Notes: generated by a model from the letters alone, not told the origin. Positions 36,853-47,348 are shown, counted from the stretch's first letter. The stretch: 64,000 bases of DNA from Thermoplasmata archaeon (GCA_003554965.1 PWHR01000093.1:2224-66223), one strand, 5' to 3'. Numbers and translations are program-made.

Positions 36853-38737
36853 AAAAGCTCTCGATACTTTGCGACACGTTCTCCACTAGCTTAAGATCCT
36901 CTAAATAATTCTTGAAGTGTATTGCTCTCTCGTCGAGTATCACCGAAACACCTACGTCTTCTTCGCTCCTTATCAACCTGCCAGTTGCTTGTAAGATCTT
37001 CCTCACCGCTGGAGCCTTGACCGTATACTCCCAACCCTTGTTGAATTTCATATCATAGTAGTGTTTCAACCCCTTCTGCCTAGCCGTCGGTTTTGGATAA
37101 GGTATGCCGACGACCACCGCTACTTCCAATTGATCTCCTGGAAAGTCCATCCCTTCGCTGATCCTTCCACCTATAACCGAGAACAAAACCCCTCCTTCCT
37201 CTTTGAACTTATTGACAGTTTCCATGAGCTTAGGTTGATCCATGCCTTGCTCTTCGAAGAATAGTTTTTTTCCATTATTTTCGATCTCTCTTGTGAGCTC
37301 TTTCATAAGCCTGTAACTCGGGAAGAATATCACGGTGTTCCTATCAACCTCTTCGCTGATCCGCAAAATCTCTTTTTTCAACTTATCCATCATCTCTCCA
37401 CTGCGCTGAAGCTCTTCGTAACGAGTAGTGATCCCTTCTACGTATAAAAGTTCCTTGTTTTCACTAGGAAATGGACTGGGATATATCTTTGTCTTAGTAT
37501 CCCGAGGAAGCCCTATAGAATCTCTATACTCATCCAATGGTTCTAACGTAGCTGATTGATGTATGCTAGAATGGCATTCGTTCAAAACAGAGGTTATGTT
37601 GCTGGGATCGAGACAAAAAGCTTCCAAACTGGGGTTCTCACCCCCATTGACCAATTTTATGTAATCCTCCCTTTTTATAGAGAACCATGATGATAAAAAG
37701 GAAGCTACTGAATTAATATAGGAGCGCGGAAGTTTTTTCTCATCTCTCCTTTTTTCCTGGACTATCTCCCCCTGAACTTTTAGATCTTTTATAAGACCTT
37801 TCAGCTGATTCGTGTTGAGGCTTAATGCATGTAAAAGCTCGGTCCTGAGTTCGCTCGGCGGTATAAGACCATCGTCCTCTATCACGAACTCCTCAGCGAT
37901 ATCGGCCATTATCGCTTTGAAGAGGCGGCAGAAATCTGATATGTTCATGTTTTTCTGCAGAAGTGGATCATCAAATTCTTTGCTCTCTTTCAGCGCTCTT
38001 TCGAGCCCTAATTTAGAGATCTCTGATGTAGAAAGATCTCGTGCATAATTTGGTAGGTTGTGAGCTTCGTCGACCACTACGATAAGTTCAGAAATTTCCG
38101 TATTCATCCAATCCAAGAGTTGCTTCCTTATGAAGGGCATAAAGAAATAGATATATGGCGCTGTAACTACTGTCGCTTCTGGGATCAGCGCCTTCGTAAG
38201 CTCGTAGGGACAGATCTCTTTTTTTTCACAGTGATCCAAGGTCTCGTCGACGGTAGGTTTGTTCTCTTTGAACCACATCTCTATTTCATCTAGGTCCACG
38301 TCTAACAAGCCGGCATAATAGGGGCATGATTTAGGTTCTCTTTCCTCTTTTAGAGCGGCTCTAACTTCTTTCTTCCGATCGCTGCAGTACTTCGAGAGTT
38401 CCTCCGCACTCCCCTCTTTCAACTCTTCGTCTTCCTGAGCCAGGAGACATGTATTGTTCCTCCCCTGTAAACCAAGGCCGTAGTAGTCGCCGATCTCTCT
38501 CAGTTCTACGAGCACCTGCCTCTGCTGACTGTTAGTTCTAGTAAGATATAGTATCTTTTTTCCATTCTTTACGGCATAATCTAATGCAGCGGTCAAGGTG
38601 CATACGGTTTTCCCAGATCCAGTAGCTGCTTGATATACGAAAGACTCTTCCTCCTCTAAAACAGATCGGATCTGTTCCATTATCTCTCGTTGATTTTTCC
38701 GTTCTTCATAGGGAAAGAGCTCGTTCATTTTACTCAC
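36836..38737 (-). CDS. XPD/Rad3/DinG-family 5'-3' DNA helicase with FeS domain
   Basis: ATGSGKT Walker A, VVVDEAHNL DEAH box, four Cys in the helicase insert (NNTCLL, KYCSD, KSCPYY, ICPYE). 17-nt overlap with hypB. Confidence 0.75.
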   Translation of the reverse strand: MSKMNELFPYEERKNQREIMEQIRSVLEEEESFVYQAATGSGKTVCTLTAALDYAVKNGKKILYLTRTNSQQRQVLVELREIGDYYGLGLQGRNNTCLLAQEDEELKEGSAEELSKYCSDRKKEVRAALKEEREPKSCPYYAGLLDVDLDEIEMWFKENKPTVDETLDHCEKKEICPYELTKALIPEATVVTAPYIYFFMPFIRKQLLDWMNTEISELIVVVDEAHNLPNYARDLSTSEISKLGLERALKESKEFDDPLLQKNMNISDFCRLFKAIMADIAEEFVIEDDGLIPPSELRTELLHALSLNTNQLKGLIKDLKVQGEIVQEKRRDEKKLPRSYINSVASFLSSWFSIKREDYIKLVNGGENPSLEAFCLDPSNITSVLNECHSSIHQSATLEPLDEYRDSIGLPRDTKTKIYPSPFPSENKELLYVEGITTRYEELQRSGEMMDKLKKEILRISEEVDRNTVIFFPSYRLMKELTREIENNGKKLFFEEQGMDQPKLMETVNKFKEEGGVLFSVIGGRISEGMDFPGDQLEVAVVVGIPYPKPTARQKGLKHYYDMKFNKGWEYTVKAPAVRKILQATGRLIRSEEDVGVSVILDERAIHFKNYLEDLKLVENVSQSIESFFERKR

Positions 38738-38792
38738 CTATAGCTTAATGATCTGAAAATTTATTGTTGTTACTTTTTTGTTCGCCTTGGAT

Positions 38793-40073
38793 TCAAAGTT
38801 CATTCAATTTATTTTCTATCTTTCTTTTCATCTCTCTCATATCCATACTGTCTGCCAAACCTAAAGCTTCATCAAGGTTCTGTTTAGCGTTCTTCAGTTT
38901 TCCCTGTTTTACTTGGACCTCTGAAAGCTCATACATCGCAGCGACCTTCGAATCTGGTAGCTCAACGATCTGAAACAAGTCTAAAGCTTTTTTATAATAG
39001 TCCTCAGCATCATCGAATTCATTTCTTTCTTTTTTAAGCCTCGCATAGGCCATATTCGCACCCGCTAGACCGAGCAGGTCGTTCTGATTTTCAAAAAGAT
39101 CGATAGATTTTTTTAACAAATCACCGGCTCTTTTGAGCCCCCCATATTCAAGGATCAATTCACCGAGATTGTAAAAACACCAGCTTTTCAGATCATCGAA
39201 AGAATGTTTTTCACAATCCTCTTTAGCCTTTTCAAAGAGATCGATCACTCTTTCTTCTGCCTCCTCCTCGGACAGTATCATACCGATCTCCATCAATAGA
39301 TTGATCTTCTCATAGTGCCTTCCGCACTCTTCGAAATCCTCCACAGCTTCTTGATAGAATTCGATCGCTTTGTCAAGATCTCCTTTATCAACGTGTAGAT
39401 CTCCCAGATCTCTTTTGACTTTCGCCATCTCTTCAAAAAGATCATTTTCCTCAAATATCTTTAAGGCTCTATCCAGATAGTTTAAACCTTCGGTGAAGTC
39501 CTGCTTTCTCCATGAGGATATCCCAGCTAACCTTATCCCTTTGGCTTCTGAAACATCATCACCGATCTCCGAAGCTTTTTTGATCATCTCCTTTGCCCTT
39601 TTTTCCACCTCTTCCTCCCTATCCATCATAAGGTACAGTTCGGCTTGTGACTCTAAAGTTTCCAGCATCATCTCGTAGTTTTCTGTCCTCTCAGTCAATC
39701 TATAGGCTCTATCGAAAAAATTTTCTGCCTCTCTTAATTGGTTAAGATTCAAGGAGATATCTCCCAATTCTCTTAATATCTCGTACTTTTTTCTTATCAG
39801 AAGCTCACTTTTTCTTTCTCTTTTTAGCTCTTTCAACTCTTTAAGAAGACGTATCTTTTTGACCCTATCGGCTACATTTTCCGCCTTTTCTATACCCAAA
39901 CCCAAGTCGATTATATTTTCATAGCAAAAATCCTCGAAATCAGATAGCTCTTCCAGACTGAGACATTTTTCAGCCTCTTTCAAAAAATTTTCCAAAATGT
40001 CTATGCCAGTAGGGCCGATCTCCTGTCTGAGAATCTCTTTAACCGAGGAATCAAAATCATCATCGTTGTCCAT
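38793..40073 (-). CDS. TPR-repeat protein
   Basis: Repeated about 34-aa units with A..Y/F..AL pattern throughout (AIEFYQEAVE, AEDYYKKALD etc.). Confidence 0.6.
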   Translation of the reverse strand: MDNDDDFDSSVKEILRQEIGPTGIDILENFLKEAEKCLSLEELSDFEDFCYENIIDLGLGIEKAENVADRVKKIRLLKELKELKRERKSELLIRKKYEILRELGDISLNLNQLREAENFFDRAYRLTERTENYEMMLETLESQAELYLMMDREEEVEKRAKEMIKKASEIGDDVSEAKGIRLAGISSWRKQDFTEGLNYLDRALKIFEENDLFEEMAKVKRDLGDLHVDKGDLDKAIEFYQEAVEDFEECGRHYEKINLLMEIGMILSEEEAEERVIDLFEKAKEDCEKHSFDDLKSWCFYNLGELILEYGGLKRAGDLLKKSIDLFENQNDLLGLAGANMAYARLKKERNEFDDAEDYYKKALDLFQIVELPDSKVAAMYELSEVQVKQGKLKNAKQNLDEALGLADSMDMREMKRKIENKLNEL

Positions 40074-40091
40074 GATTGCAGCTCTTTGATA

Positions 40092-41321
40092 TCACAGCAT
40101 TTCTTCGAAGGATTCGACCATCTCGGGGTGCTTCTCACCAATTTTTTTTAACAGGGATTCAGTACTGAGCTCGCTGAGATCTGCATCTGAAAGCGCATCT
40201 ATTATCATATCGAATTCCTCATCTTCTAGTTCTACAGCTTTTTCTTTAGCCATAAAGTTACGCCAAAGTTTCTCTTCAAGTCTATCCCTCCACCTTTCCT
40301 CGTATCTCGACAGTGCTTTTTTATCTACTTTTCCTTTCTTTACTGCTTCAGCTGCTTCTTCACCTGCGATCTTCGCCTGCTTCATACCGTTAGCAATACC
40401 CCCTCCAGTTATAGGGTCAACGACTCTTGCCGCATCACCGACCAGCATAAGTCCATCCATGCATACCGATTCTGGAGGTGGAGCGACCGAAACCCCTCCT
40501 GCGACCATATCTACAGTTTCACCATTTTTCAGTCCCTGGTGTTTATCGATGAATTCGTCAAGGTAATCTTTGGCTGTTTTACTACCATCTAATTGAGACA
40601 ACTGGATACCGAGCCCAACATTAGCCTCTCTTTCACCTTTCGGAAATATCCATACATAACCTCCTGGAGCATCGCTTCCCAGATAAAAATGGGTGTAGTC
40701 AGGATCGTAGTCGATATCAGTAAGACGGTACTGGAAACAGCTCATTATGTTTTTAGGCTTTATCGTATCATAGATACCAGCCCACCTGCCTATCTGCGAC
40801 TCGAAACCATCTGCACCGATAACAAGGTCCGCGTATATCTCAAAAGATTCTCCCATCCTGCTTGCCTTAACTCCTACAACTTTTCCATCTTCGATCATCA
40901 CGTCTCTAGCCTGGGTTTTCAGCATGAAATCAACATCCTCTTCGGCAGCCATCATCGCCACTCTTTTATCGAAGATATCTCTCTCAAGAACGGCACCGAC
41001 TTCATCGCCGGCGATCTCCTTTCCTATGGTCACTGTATTCCCAGCCGGAGAGTAAAGCTTCGCTCCCAATACTTTACTTTTGATAAAATCTTCTGACTCC
41101 TCAATATCTAACTCATCGAACCAAGATATAGATACTCCTTCAGCACACCTTACCGGTGTACCGATCTCCTGTCTTTTCTCTATCACGAGCACTTTGTCCA
41201 AGCCGTTCCTTGCTGCGAATCGGGCAGTCATCGAGCCGATAGGGCCCGCTCCTACTACGAGAAGATCATACTCTTCAGTATCAAAAGGCGGTTCTTCTGA
41301 TTCGATGGACATATCATTCAC
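40092..41321 (-). CDS. Digeranylgeranylglycerophospholipid (geranylgeranyl) reductase, FAD-dependent
   Basis: YDLLVVGAGPIGSMTARFAA FAD fold. GGR-family length. C-terminal alpha-helical domain. Confidence 0.8.
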   Translation of the reverse strand: MNDMSIESEEPPFDTEEYDLLVVGAGPIGSMTARFAARNGLDKVLVIEKRQEIGTPVRCAEGVSISWFDELDIEESEDFIKSKVLGAKLYSPAGNTVTIGKEIAGDEVGAVLERDIFDKRVAMMAAEEDVDFMLKTQARDVMIEDGKVVGVKASRMGESFEIYADLVIGADGFESQIGRWAGIYDTIKPKNIMSCFQYRLTDIDYDPDYTHFYLGSDAPGGYVWIFPKGEREANVGLGIQLSQLDGSKTAKDYLDEFIDKHQGLKNGETVDMVAGGVSVAPPPESVCMDGLMLVGDAARVVDPITGGGIANGMKQAKIAGEEAAEAVKKGKVDKKALSRYEERWRDRLEEKLWRNFMAKEKAVELEDEEFDMIIDALSDADLSELSTESLLKKIGEKHPEMVESFEEML

Positions 41322-41505
41322 CTCGCAAGGAGAGAGCGCTCACGGGACATGCTTTGATGCAGAGTTCACATTCCGTGCAGTCTGATCCTATTTCTGGAAG
41401 AAGGTCGTTGAGGAAGATCGCGTTAACTGGGCATGTTCCTGCACAAGCCCCACAGTGCATGCATTTTTCCATATCAACTTCTACGCTCATCTGTCTTCCC
41501 TCCAC
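41314..41505 (-). CDS. 2x[4Fe-4S] ferredoxin
   Basis: CMHCGACAGTCP and CTECELCIKACP. Overlaps both GGR (8 nt) and the radical SAM gene (19 nt). Confidence 0.8.
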   Translation of the reverse strand: MEGRQMSVEVDMEKCMHCGACAGTCPVNAIFLNDLLPEIGSDCTECELCIKACPVSALSLRGE

Positions 41506-43064
41506 TCATCTAGGGGCACGGAGAACTTTTTCTCCACCTCTTCTCTATAGGTTGGTCCTCCGTTATAGGCACAGAACGGTATTATCCTTCCATCGGGTGT
41601 AGCGTAATGGATCACGCACCTTTTCACCCTCTCGATATCATAATTGTAATCATCCTGGAAGTGCATACCTCCGACGAACATGGTTCTCCAAACGAATTCC
41701 CCTACAGCATCTTTGTCTCCCTTGGTCAACATGTCTCTCAAAATCTCAGCGAGTGTTAGACCACCAGGAAGTTCTTCATCTTTCAAGTAGTCGCCGAAGT
41801 ATTTATTAAAATTCTTCAATAAACTCTTTCTCCTTCCTTTCTCAGTCTTCAATTTGCTACCGATCTTCATGGCGGCTTTCCTCAAGAATGTGTCCCATTC
41901 GTCTGCTTTTCTCTCCATCTCTTTCATCAATCCTTCTACCTCGACGAAATCAGTTATAGGCCGAACCTCACCATCGTCTCCTATAACCAGGTAAGAAGCT
42001 AGTCCGCAATGCGGATGTGAAGTGAAAGCTATCTTCGGATCGTCTTTTACCACTGACACTAGTTTTGAGATAGAGGCGACGAAAGGAACTGGATAGAAGT
42101 CGGATCTGTCAAGGTAGCCGGTCTGTTCTTCAAGGTCGATGGCCAAGTCAGATAATGTGTACCTCTGCTTGACTCTTTGTTCCTTCTCTATCCTCCCAGT
42201 GAAAGCAACCGGTTGGTAATTTACCCCTCTTACGACATCCCTGTGCTTGATAGCGAAATCCAATATATCGCCGACCTGATCATCGTTTATAGTGTTCACT
42301 ATGGTAGGAACGAGCACTGTCGATAATGGGTTAGGTTCTATCTTCCTACAATTCTCGATGGCTTTTTTCTTTATGTCCAAAAGGTCTCTTCCTCGAGCCT
42401 GGACATAATTTTCTTCCTTCAAACCGTCGAACTGAAGGTAAATTGTGTGAAGACCTGCTTTTACACATTTCTCAGCAAATTTTTCATCCTTAGCCAACTT
42501 GATTCCATTGGTTGCGATCTGTATCTGAGAAAAACCGAGCTCAGAAGCTTTCTTTATGACTTTGAAGAAGTCAGGATGCACAGTAGGTTCTCCTCCGGAG
42601 AATTGAACCGCTGGAGTGGGTACAGGTTCTTCGGACCTCAATGTCTTTAACATCTCTACTATCTGCTCGTAACTAGGCTCGTAGACGTAGCCCTGTGTGT
42701 TTGCGTTAGCAAAACAGATAGGACAGTTCAAGTTGCATCTGTTTGTAAGATCAACGTTTGCAAGACAGGTGTAGCTTTTATGTATATCACAGAGGCCGCA
42801 GTCGAATGGACAGCGTTCAGCATCCTCTATGTAAGGATTGTCCACGCCCGATCCGTCGTAGGCGTGCTTTTCAGCCTTCAAATATAGGTCTTTGTCAGAC
42901 CAGACAACGCTCTCGATCATCCCGTGCTCCTTGCAGTTCTTCTTCATAATGACTTTCCCGTCCTCCTCCATGATCTTCGCCGGAATAACTTCTTTACATT
43001 CAGGGCAAATGGATTCTGTTTTTTTAGGTAAACCTATTTTCAATGAGGTTTCTTCGATCACCAT
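41487..43064 (-). CDS. Radical SAM enzyme with N-terminal zinc-ribbon/rubredoxin-like Cys pairs. Likely tetraether lipid synthase (Tes/GDGT-MAS) homologue
   Basis: CNLNCPICF (CX3CX2C), GGEPTVHPDF, N-terminal CPECKE...CKEHG. GGR-ferredoxin-radical SAM synteny as reported for Methanosarcina MA1484-1486 (from memory). Confidence 0.6.
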   Translation of the reverse strand: MVIEETSLKIGLPKKTESICPECKEVIPAKIMEEDGKVIMKKNCKEHGMIESVVWSDKDLYLKAEKHAYDGSGVDNPYIEDAERCPFDCGLCDIHKSYTCLANVDLTNRCNLNCPICFANANTQGYVYEPSYEQIVEMLKTLRSEEPVPTPAVQFSGGEPTVHPDFFKVIKKASELGFSQIQIATNGIKLAKDEKFAEKCVKAGLHTIYLQFDGLKEENYVQARGRDLLDIKKKAIENCRKIEPNPLSTVLVPTIVNTINDDQVGDILDFAIKHRDVVRGVNYQPVAFTGRIEKEQRVKQRYTLSDLAIDLEEQTGYLDRSDFYPVPFVASISKLVSVVKDDPKIAFTSHPHCGLASYLVIGDDGEVRPITDFVEVEGLMKEMERKADEWDTFLRKAAMKIGSKLKTEKGRRKSLLKNFNKYFGDYLKDEELPGGLTLAEILRDMLTKGDKDAVGEFVWRTMFVGGMHFQDDYNYDIERVKRCVIHYATPDGRIIPFCAYNGGPTYREEVEKKFSVPLDEWREDR

Positions 43065-43178
43065 GATTTCAGTGCTTCAAAGAATATAGGTTATATTAAA
43101 GATTTTGTAGCGAAGATCGCTAAAAAGGTAAAAAAGACATCCTCAAGCTTAAATAAGAGGAAAAAAAATACCAAATAT

Positions 43179-46100
43179 ATGGAAAAATCAGGTGAAAAAG
43201 AAAAAGGCAGTTACCTAGGATGGTTTCCCGATTTAGTTAGTGGTCATCCTAAAAAAATCATCACAGTCATAATAGTCTTCAGTATCTTCATGGGTTTTTT
43301 TGCGAGTGGGATGGAGATGGACACGGGAGAGGAACAGTTCGAACCGGACAGACCAAAACAGGAGTATCTTTCAACCATCAGAGATACCTTTGGTGCTGAG
43401 GAAGAGATGGTCCAGGTCGCTTTCACAGCAGATGGTGGTAACGTCTTTACTACCGAAGTTTTGAAAGATATGGTGAATTTTGAGGAAGCTCTTCTTGAGG
43501 ATGAAGTCGTTAATCAAACCCTCGCAGTTACAGCTGAGGCCCCTACGGGTGTGAACACCCTAGCTAGCAATCTTTTGACGGCGAATCAAACACTATCTTT
43601 TGAGAGGCTAGTGATCCAACGGGCCAGAGAGACCTATTCCACGGTAGAAAATCAGACAGAGATGTTCGAGCATATGAACAATTCGCTATCGATCAATGCA
43701 ATGTTGATGCATACATTTTTAGAAACTGATTCGGTTGGCGAAGGATTTTTGGGTGCGAATCAAACCCTAATCTCTATGTCAAATATCATCTCAAATCCGG
43801 GATATTGGGGAGTGATGGGTGAATATGAAGAAGATTTTGGAGAACTCATTTGGATTATGGATGATGAAGATGTGTCACATGAAGAGCTTTCACTTTACAT
43901 CGATCAATGGTTAATGGATATGAGTGAGGAAGAACCATCTCCTGCGCTGGAAGAATTCTTGAATTTCGTAGAAGGAACCGGATCGATGCTAGATTATATG
44001 TTAGAGGAAGAAGGCTACATTGAAGAGAAACCTCTCGTCCGAAAGATGGCCTTGAGCTTTTTTGGCATAGCTGACCCGTTGGGTCAGATAGACATGGAAG
44101 GGATGGATGGATTAGAAGAACCTCTTTCGCTTGAACTCTCTATAGATGAGAAAAAGGAACGGCTAAAGGACATGGATGATGACGATGTGAAGGGGGTTGT
44201 ACATGACCTTATTGAATACGATCCCTCTGACTTGAATGAATCAGTAAGAGAAATCTTGGGACCTATAAATGAGGGGATAGAGTATATTGTTGAGATGGAA
44301 TTGACTCTTGAACAAATAAAATCTACGTATAACGAAGTTGAAATGGAGTGGGAGGCCAGGAGATTACAAGAAGGTTATCTTGGATCGGTGTCCCAGAACA
44401 GAAGTGCCGTAGAAGAAACCGAAGAGATGTTTGAGGGTGCTCTTAGATTGGGACCTATGCTGGATCAGATGGACGAAATGATCTCAGGAACCGTGGATAA
44501 AGATTATTGCCCCGATGACGTGGAAGCGGAAAGTGCTATAGCTCTCATCTTCATGGATCCAGAGGTTGAAAGAGAAGATAGATTGGACGCACAGCGGAGG
44601 ATCATCGAGATCGGTGACGATGTGCCTGAGCATTCAGAGGTCCGCGTATCAGCTGGCCAAGTCATGATGGAGGAGATAAACGAAAGTGCTGATAGAAGCA
44701 TGAATAGACTCCTTCCTTTAGCCTTTTTATTGGTCGTGATAATTCTATTCATCGTCTTCCGCTCTGTTGTTGAAACTGTGCTTAGTCTTGGTGCTCTGGG
44801 GATCGCAATCCTCTGGACCTTCGGCTTTGGAGTTCTCTTTGGCTACACGTTCAATCCCATGATCATCGCAGTCCCTATCCTTATAACTGGTCTCGTGATC
44901 GACTACGGCATCCATATGGTGATGAGGTATAGGGAAGAGAAAGCTAGGAAATACACTCCTAAAGACTCGACTTCGATAGCCATCACCGCTGTTGGTGGAG
45001 CTCTAGTTCTGACGACCTTCACCACAGCAATAGGTTTCTTGTCGAACAGGATAAGCGATATCGGTGCGATGCAGCAGTTTGGAACACTTGCAGCTGTAGG
45101 GATCGTTTCCAGCTTGATTCTGATGACCACTTTCTTACCCGCTGTGATCCAGCTGAAGGATGAAATGAAGGAGAATAAAACGAAGGAAAAGAATAAGAAA
45201 AACTCTGCAAAGAAATTAGCTGATAAGGCAAAGAGACGTGGCGGGGATGTAGTAGCTGGAGCACTCTCTAAATCGGCCGATGCTTCCGATAGGCATCCTT
45301 GGGCCGTTGTAGCGATCGTGGTTTTACTCACTGGACTCTCAGTCTACGGGGCGGTGAACATCGACACCACCTTTGATATAGAGGACTTCCTACCAGAAGA
45401 TCAACCACAGAGTCAAAATATCAGATACATTGCAGAGAGGTTTGACGTGGAGACCTCTTATGCTTATATTCTGATCGAAGAAGAAGAAATTGATAGCAGT
45501 GAGTTTCTTTATGCGGTGAACGAAACTACTGAAAACATCCGAGATAGCGAGATGGTTGGTGGAAATGGAGGAAATGTACGCTCACCTCTCCAAGTACTTC
45601 AAAGGTATGGAACAGCGGCACCGGGTAGCATGGAATATAATGAAACAATAGTGACTGCTTTCCAAACTAATGATACAACCGGTGATGGTATCCCAAACGA
45701 GAACGTGTCAGCCCTCTACGAAATGCTTTTCGACTTCGAGGAGAGCAGAGCTGAGATCGAAAACGTGTTGGTCCAGGAAGCAGGTAATGACCGCCATGAA
45801 TACCCTGTAGCTATCATACGTCTCACAGAGGACGGCGACAGGATAGCCCGAGATCTTGACAACGCTGCCGTACTCGAGGACGAGTTGGAAAAAGATGTTG
45901 AACCTTTAAGGGAGGCAGGCTACACTCCCAAGATCACAAGCAACTCTATGCTGGCTCAGGAGACCACTAGTGAACTGACAGATACTCAAATACAGTCACT
46001 CATCGCGACGCTTATCATAGTCGCTGCAACCCTGACCATCGTATTCTATCTCAAAGACAAATCCCTTTCAGTCGGTGTACTAACTACAATCCCCGTGGCT

Positions 46101-46499
46101 TTAGCTACGCTTTGGATCCTCGGTACTATGTATGCCGTGGATATACCATTTAATGTAATGACGGTTACCGTTACCGCGCTGACAGTCGGTATGGGTGTAG
46201 ATTACAGCATCCATATAACCCACAGATTCATGGAAGAACGTTCTTTGTGTGACAGCCTTTATGAGGCGATCCAAATGACTGTCAAGAATACCGGCGCTGC
46301 GATCTTTGGATCCGCGGTCACAACCATAGCCGCCTTTGGGGTATTATCGACATCAGAGATTCACCCTATATCTCAATTCGGTAGCATAACTGCTCTAGCT
46401 CTACTATACAGCTTCATAGTTGCTGTTTTCGTCCTCCCGGCTTTCCTGATGATCTGGGCGAAAAGAGAACATCGAAATGAATCTGCTAGGAAGAAATAG
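43179..46499 (+). CDS. RND-superfamily / MMPL-type transporter (12 TM, two large extracytoplasmic domains)
   Basis: TM1 at aa about 27-47. A 460-aa loop. TM cluster 515-660. A second 200-aa loop. TM cluster 940-1090. RND-like GxxxD/xxxGxxxDYSIH motifs (VIDYGIHMV, GVDYSIHIT). Confidence 0.7.
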   Translation: MEKSGEKEKGSYLGWFPDLVSGHPKKIITVIIVFSIFMGFFASGMEMDTGEEQFEPDRPKQEYLSTIRDTFGAEEEMVQVAFTADGGNVFTTEVLKDMVNFEEALLEDEVVNQTLAVTAEAPTGVNTLASNLLTANQTLSFERLVIQRARETYSTVENQTEMFEHMNNSLSINAMLMHTFLETDSVGEGFLGANQTLISMSNIISNPGYWGVMGEYEEDFGELIWIMDDEDVSHEELSLYIDQWLMDMSEEEPSPALEEFLNFVEGTGSMLDYMLEEEGYIEEKPLVRKMALSFFGIADPLGQIDMEGMDGLEEPLSLELSIDEKKERLKDMDDDDVKGVVHDLIEYDPSDLNESVREILGPINEGIEYIVEMELTLEQIKSTYNEVEMEWEARRLQEGYLGSVSQNRSAVEETEEMFEGALRLGPMLDQMDEMISGTVDKDYCPDDVEAESAIALIFMDPEVEREDRLDAQRRIIEIGDDVPEHSEVRVSAGQVMMEEINESADRSMNRLLPLAFLLVVIILFIVFRSVVETVLSLGALGIAILWTFGFGVLFGYTFNPMIIAVPILITGLVIDYGIHMVMRYREEKARKYTPKDSTSIAITAVGGALVLTTFTTAIGFLSNRISDIGAMQQFGTLAAVGIVSSLILMTTFLPAVIQLKDEMKENKTKEKNKKNSAKKLADKAKRRGGDVVAGALSKSADASDRHPWAVVAIVVLLTGLSVYGAVNIDTTFDIEDFLPEDQPQSQNIRYIAERFDVETSYAYILIEEEEIDSSEFLYAVNETTENIRDSEMVGGNGGNVRSPLQVLQRYGTAAPGSMEYNETIVTAFQTNDTTGDGIPNENVSALYEMLFDFEESRAEIENVLVQEAGNDRHEYPVAIIRLTEDGDRIARDLDNAAVLEDELEKDVEPLREAGYTPKITSNSMLAQETTSELTDTQIQSLIATLIIVAATLTIVFYLKDKSLSVGVLTTIPVALATLWILGTMYAVDIPFNVMTVTVTALTVGMGVDYSIHITHRFMEERSLCDSLYEAIQMTVKNTGAAIFGSAVTTIAAFGVLSTSEIHPISQFGSITALALLYSFIVAVFVLPAFLMIWAKREHRNESARKK

Positions 46500-46567
46500 A
46501 CGTGAAAGAAATCCTGAACGACAAACGATAAACCAATGTTTAAATACATCTGTAACTTATTTTATCT

Positions 46568-47296
46568 TTGATGGATGGAACACCGTTAGATATCGAAGAA
46601 CTCGAGGAAGAATATGAGTATATAAGTCAAGGTCTACAGAGATTCGGTCTGACAGATTATCAGTCTAGGACCTATGCCGCTTTGGTTGCTCACGGTGTTG
46701 CCGATGCCGAAACGATAGCTACTACTGCCGAACTGCCCCGAACGTCTGTTTATAAGGCTTTAGATTCACTGCATGAAAAGGGATATGTCATCGTGAGTGA
46801 AGGCCGTCCTAAAGTATTCAAACCTGCTGAACCATTGGAAGTCAAAAGCCGTCTTTCTAGAGAACTTGACGAGGTCTTTGGACGTTTGAACACTCTCTAC
46901 GAGGTACTCTCAGAAAAGGGTGAACCTCAGTTGGTCTATACCATCAGCGGTAGAGAAAAAGTCTTAGAGAAGATCGAGGAGATGATAAACCGAACTGAGG
47001 ATGAGATAATAATATCATCTCCAAACTTTTCAAAGATACTCGATAGATCTGAAAAAGAGTTAGAATCTGCCCAAAATAGAGGTGTTGATATCACGATAGT
47101 TACTTCACCCCGTGAGAGAGCATACACTGATGCAAAAGTCAAAAGAAAAGAGAGCCTTATAGCAACTGATTTGATCAGCGATGGTAAAAGAGCACTTCTG
47201 GCTTCACCAGGATTTGAAGCATGCGGCTATACCACCAACCCGTCGCTGGCGAAACACCTAGTAAATTTTATGGACATTTTGATGGAAAGAAGTTGA
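46568..47296 (+). CDS. TrmB-family transcriptional regulator
   Basis: N-terminal wHTH GLTDYQSRTYAALVAHG...TAELPRTSVYKALDSLHEKGYV. TrmB-like C-domain. Confidence 0.7.
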   Translation: MMDGTPLDIEELEEEYEYISQGLQRFGLTDYQSRTYAALVAHGVADAETIATTAELPRTSVYKALDSLHEKGYVIVSEGRPKVFKPAEPLEVKSRLSRELDEVFGRLNTLYEVLSEKGEPQLVYTISGREKVLEKIEEMINRTEDEIIISSPNFSKILDRSEKELESAQNRGVDITIVTSPRERAYTDAKVKRKESLIATDLISDGKRALLASPGFEACGYTTNPSLAKHLVNFMDILMERS

Positions 47297-47348
47297 GAGG
47301 GAGTATCTAGGAAAAATTAATTATCAAACTTCGGTATGATGCTGTTAT

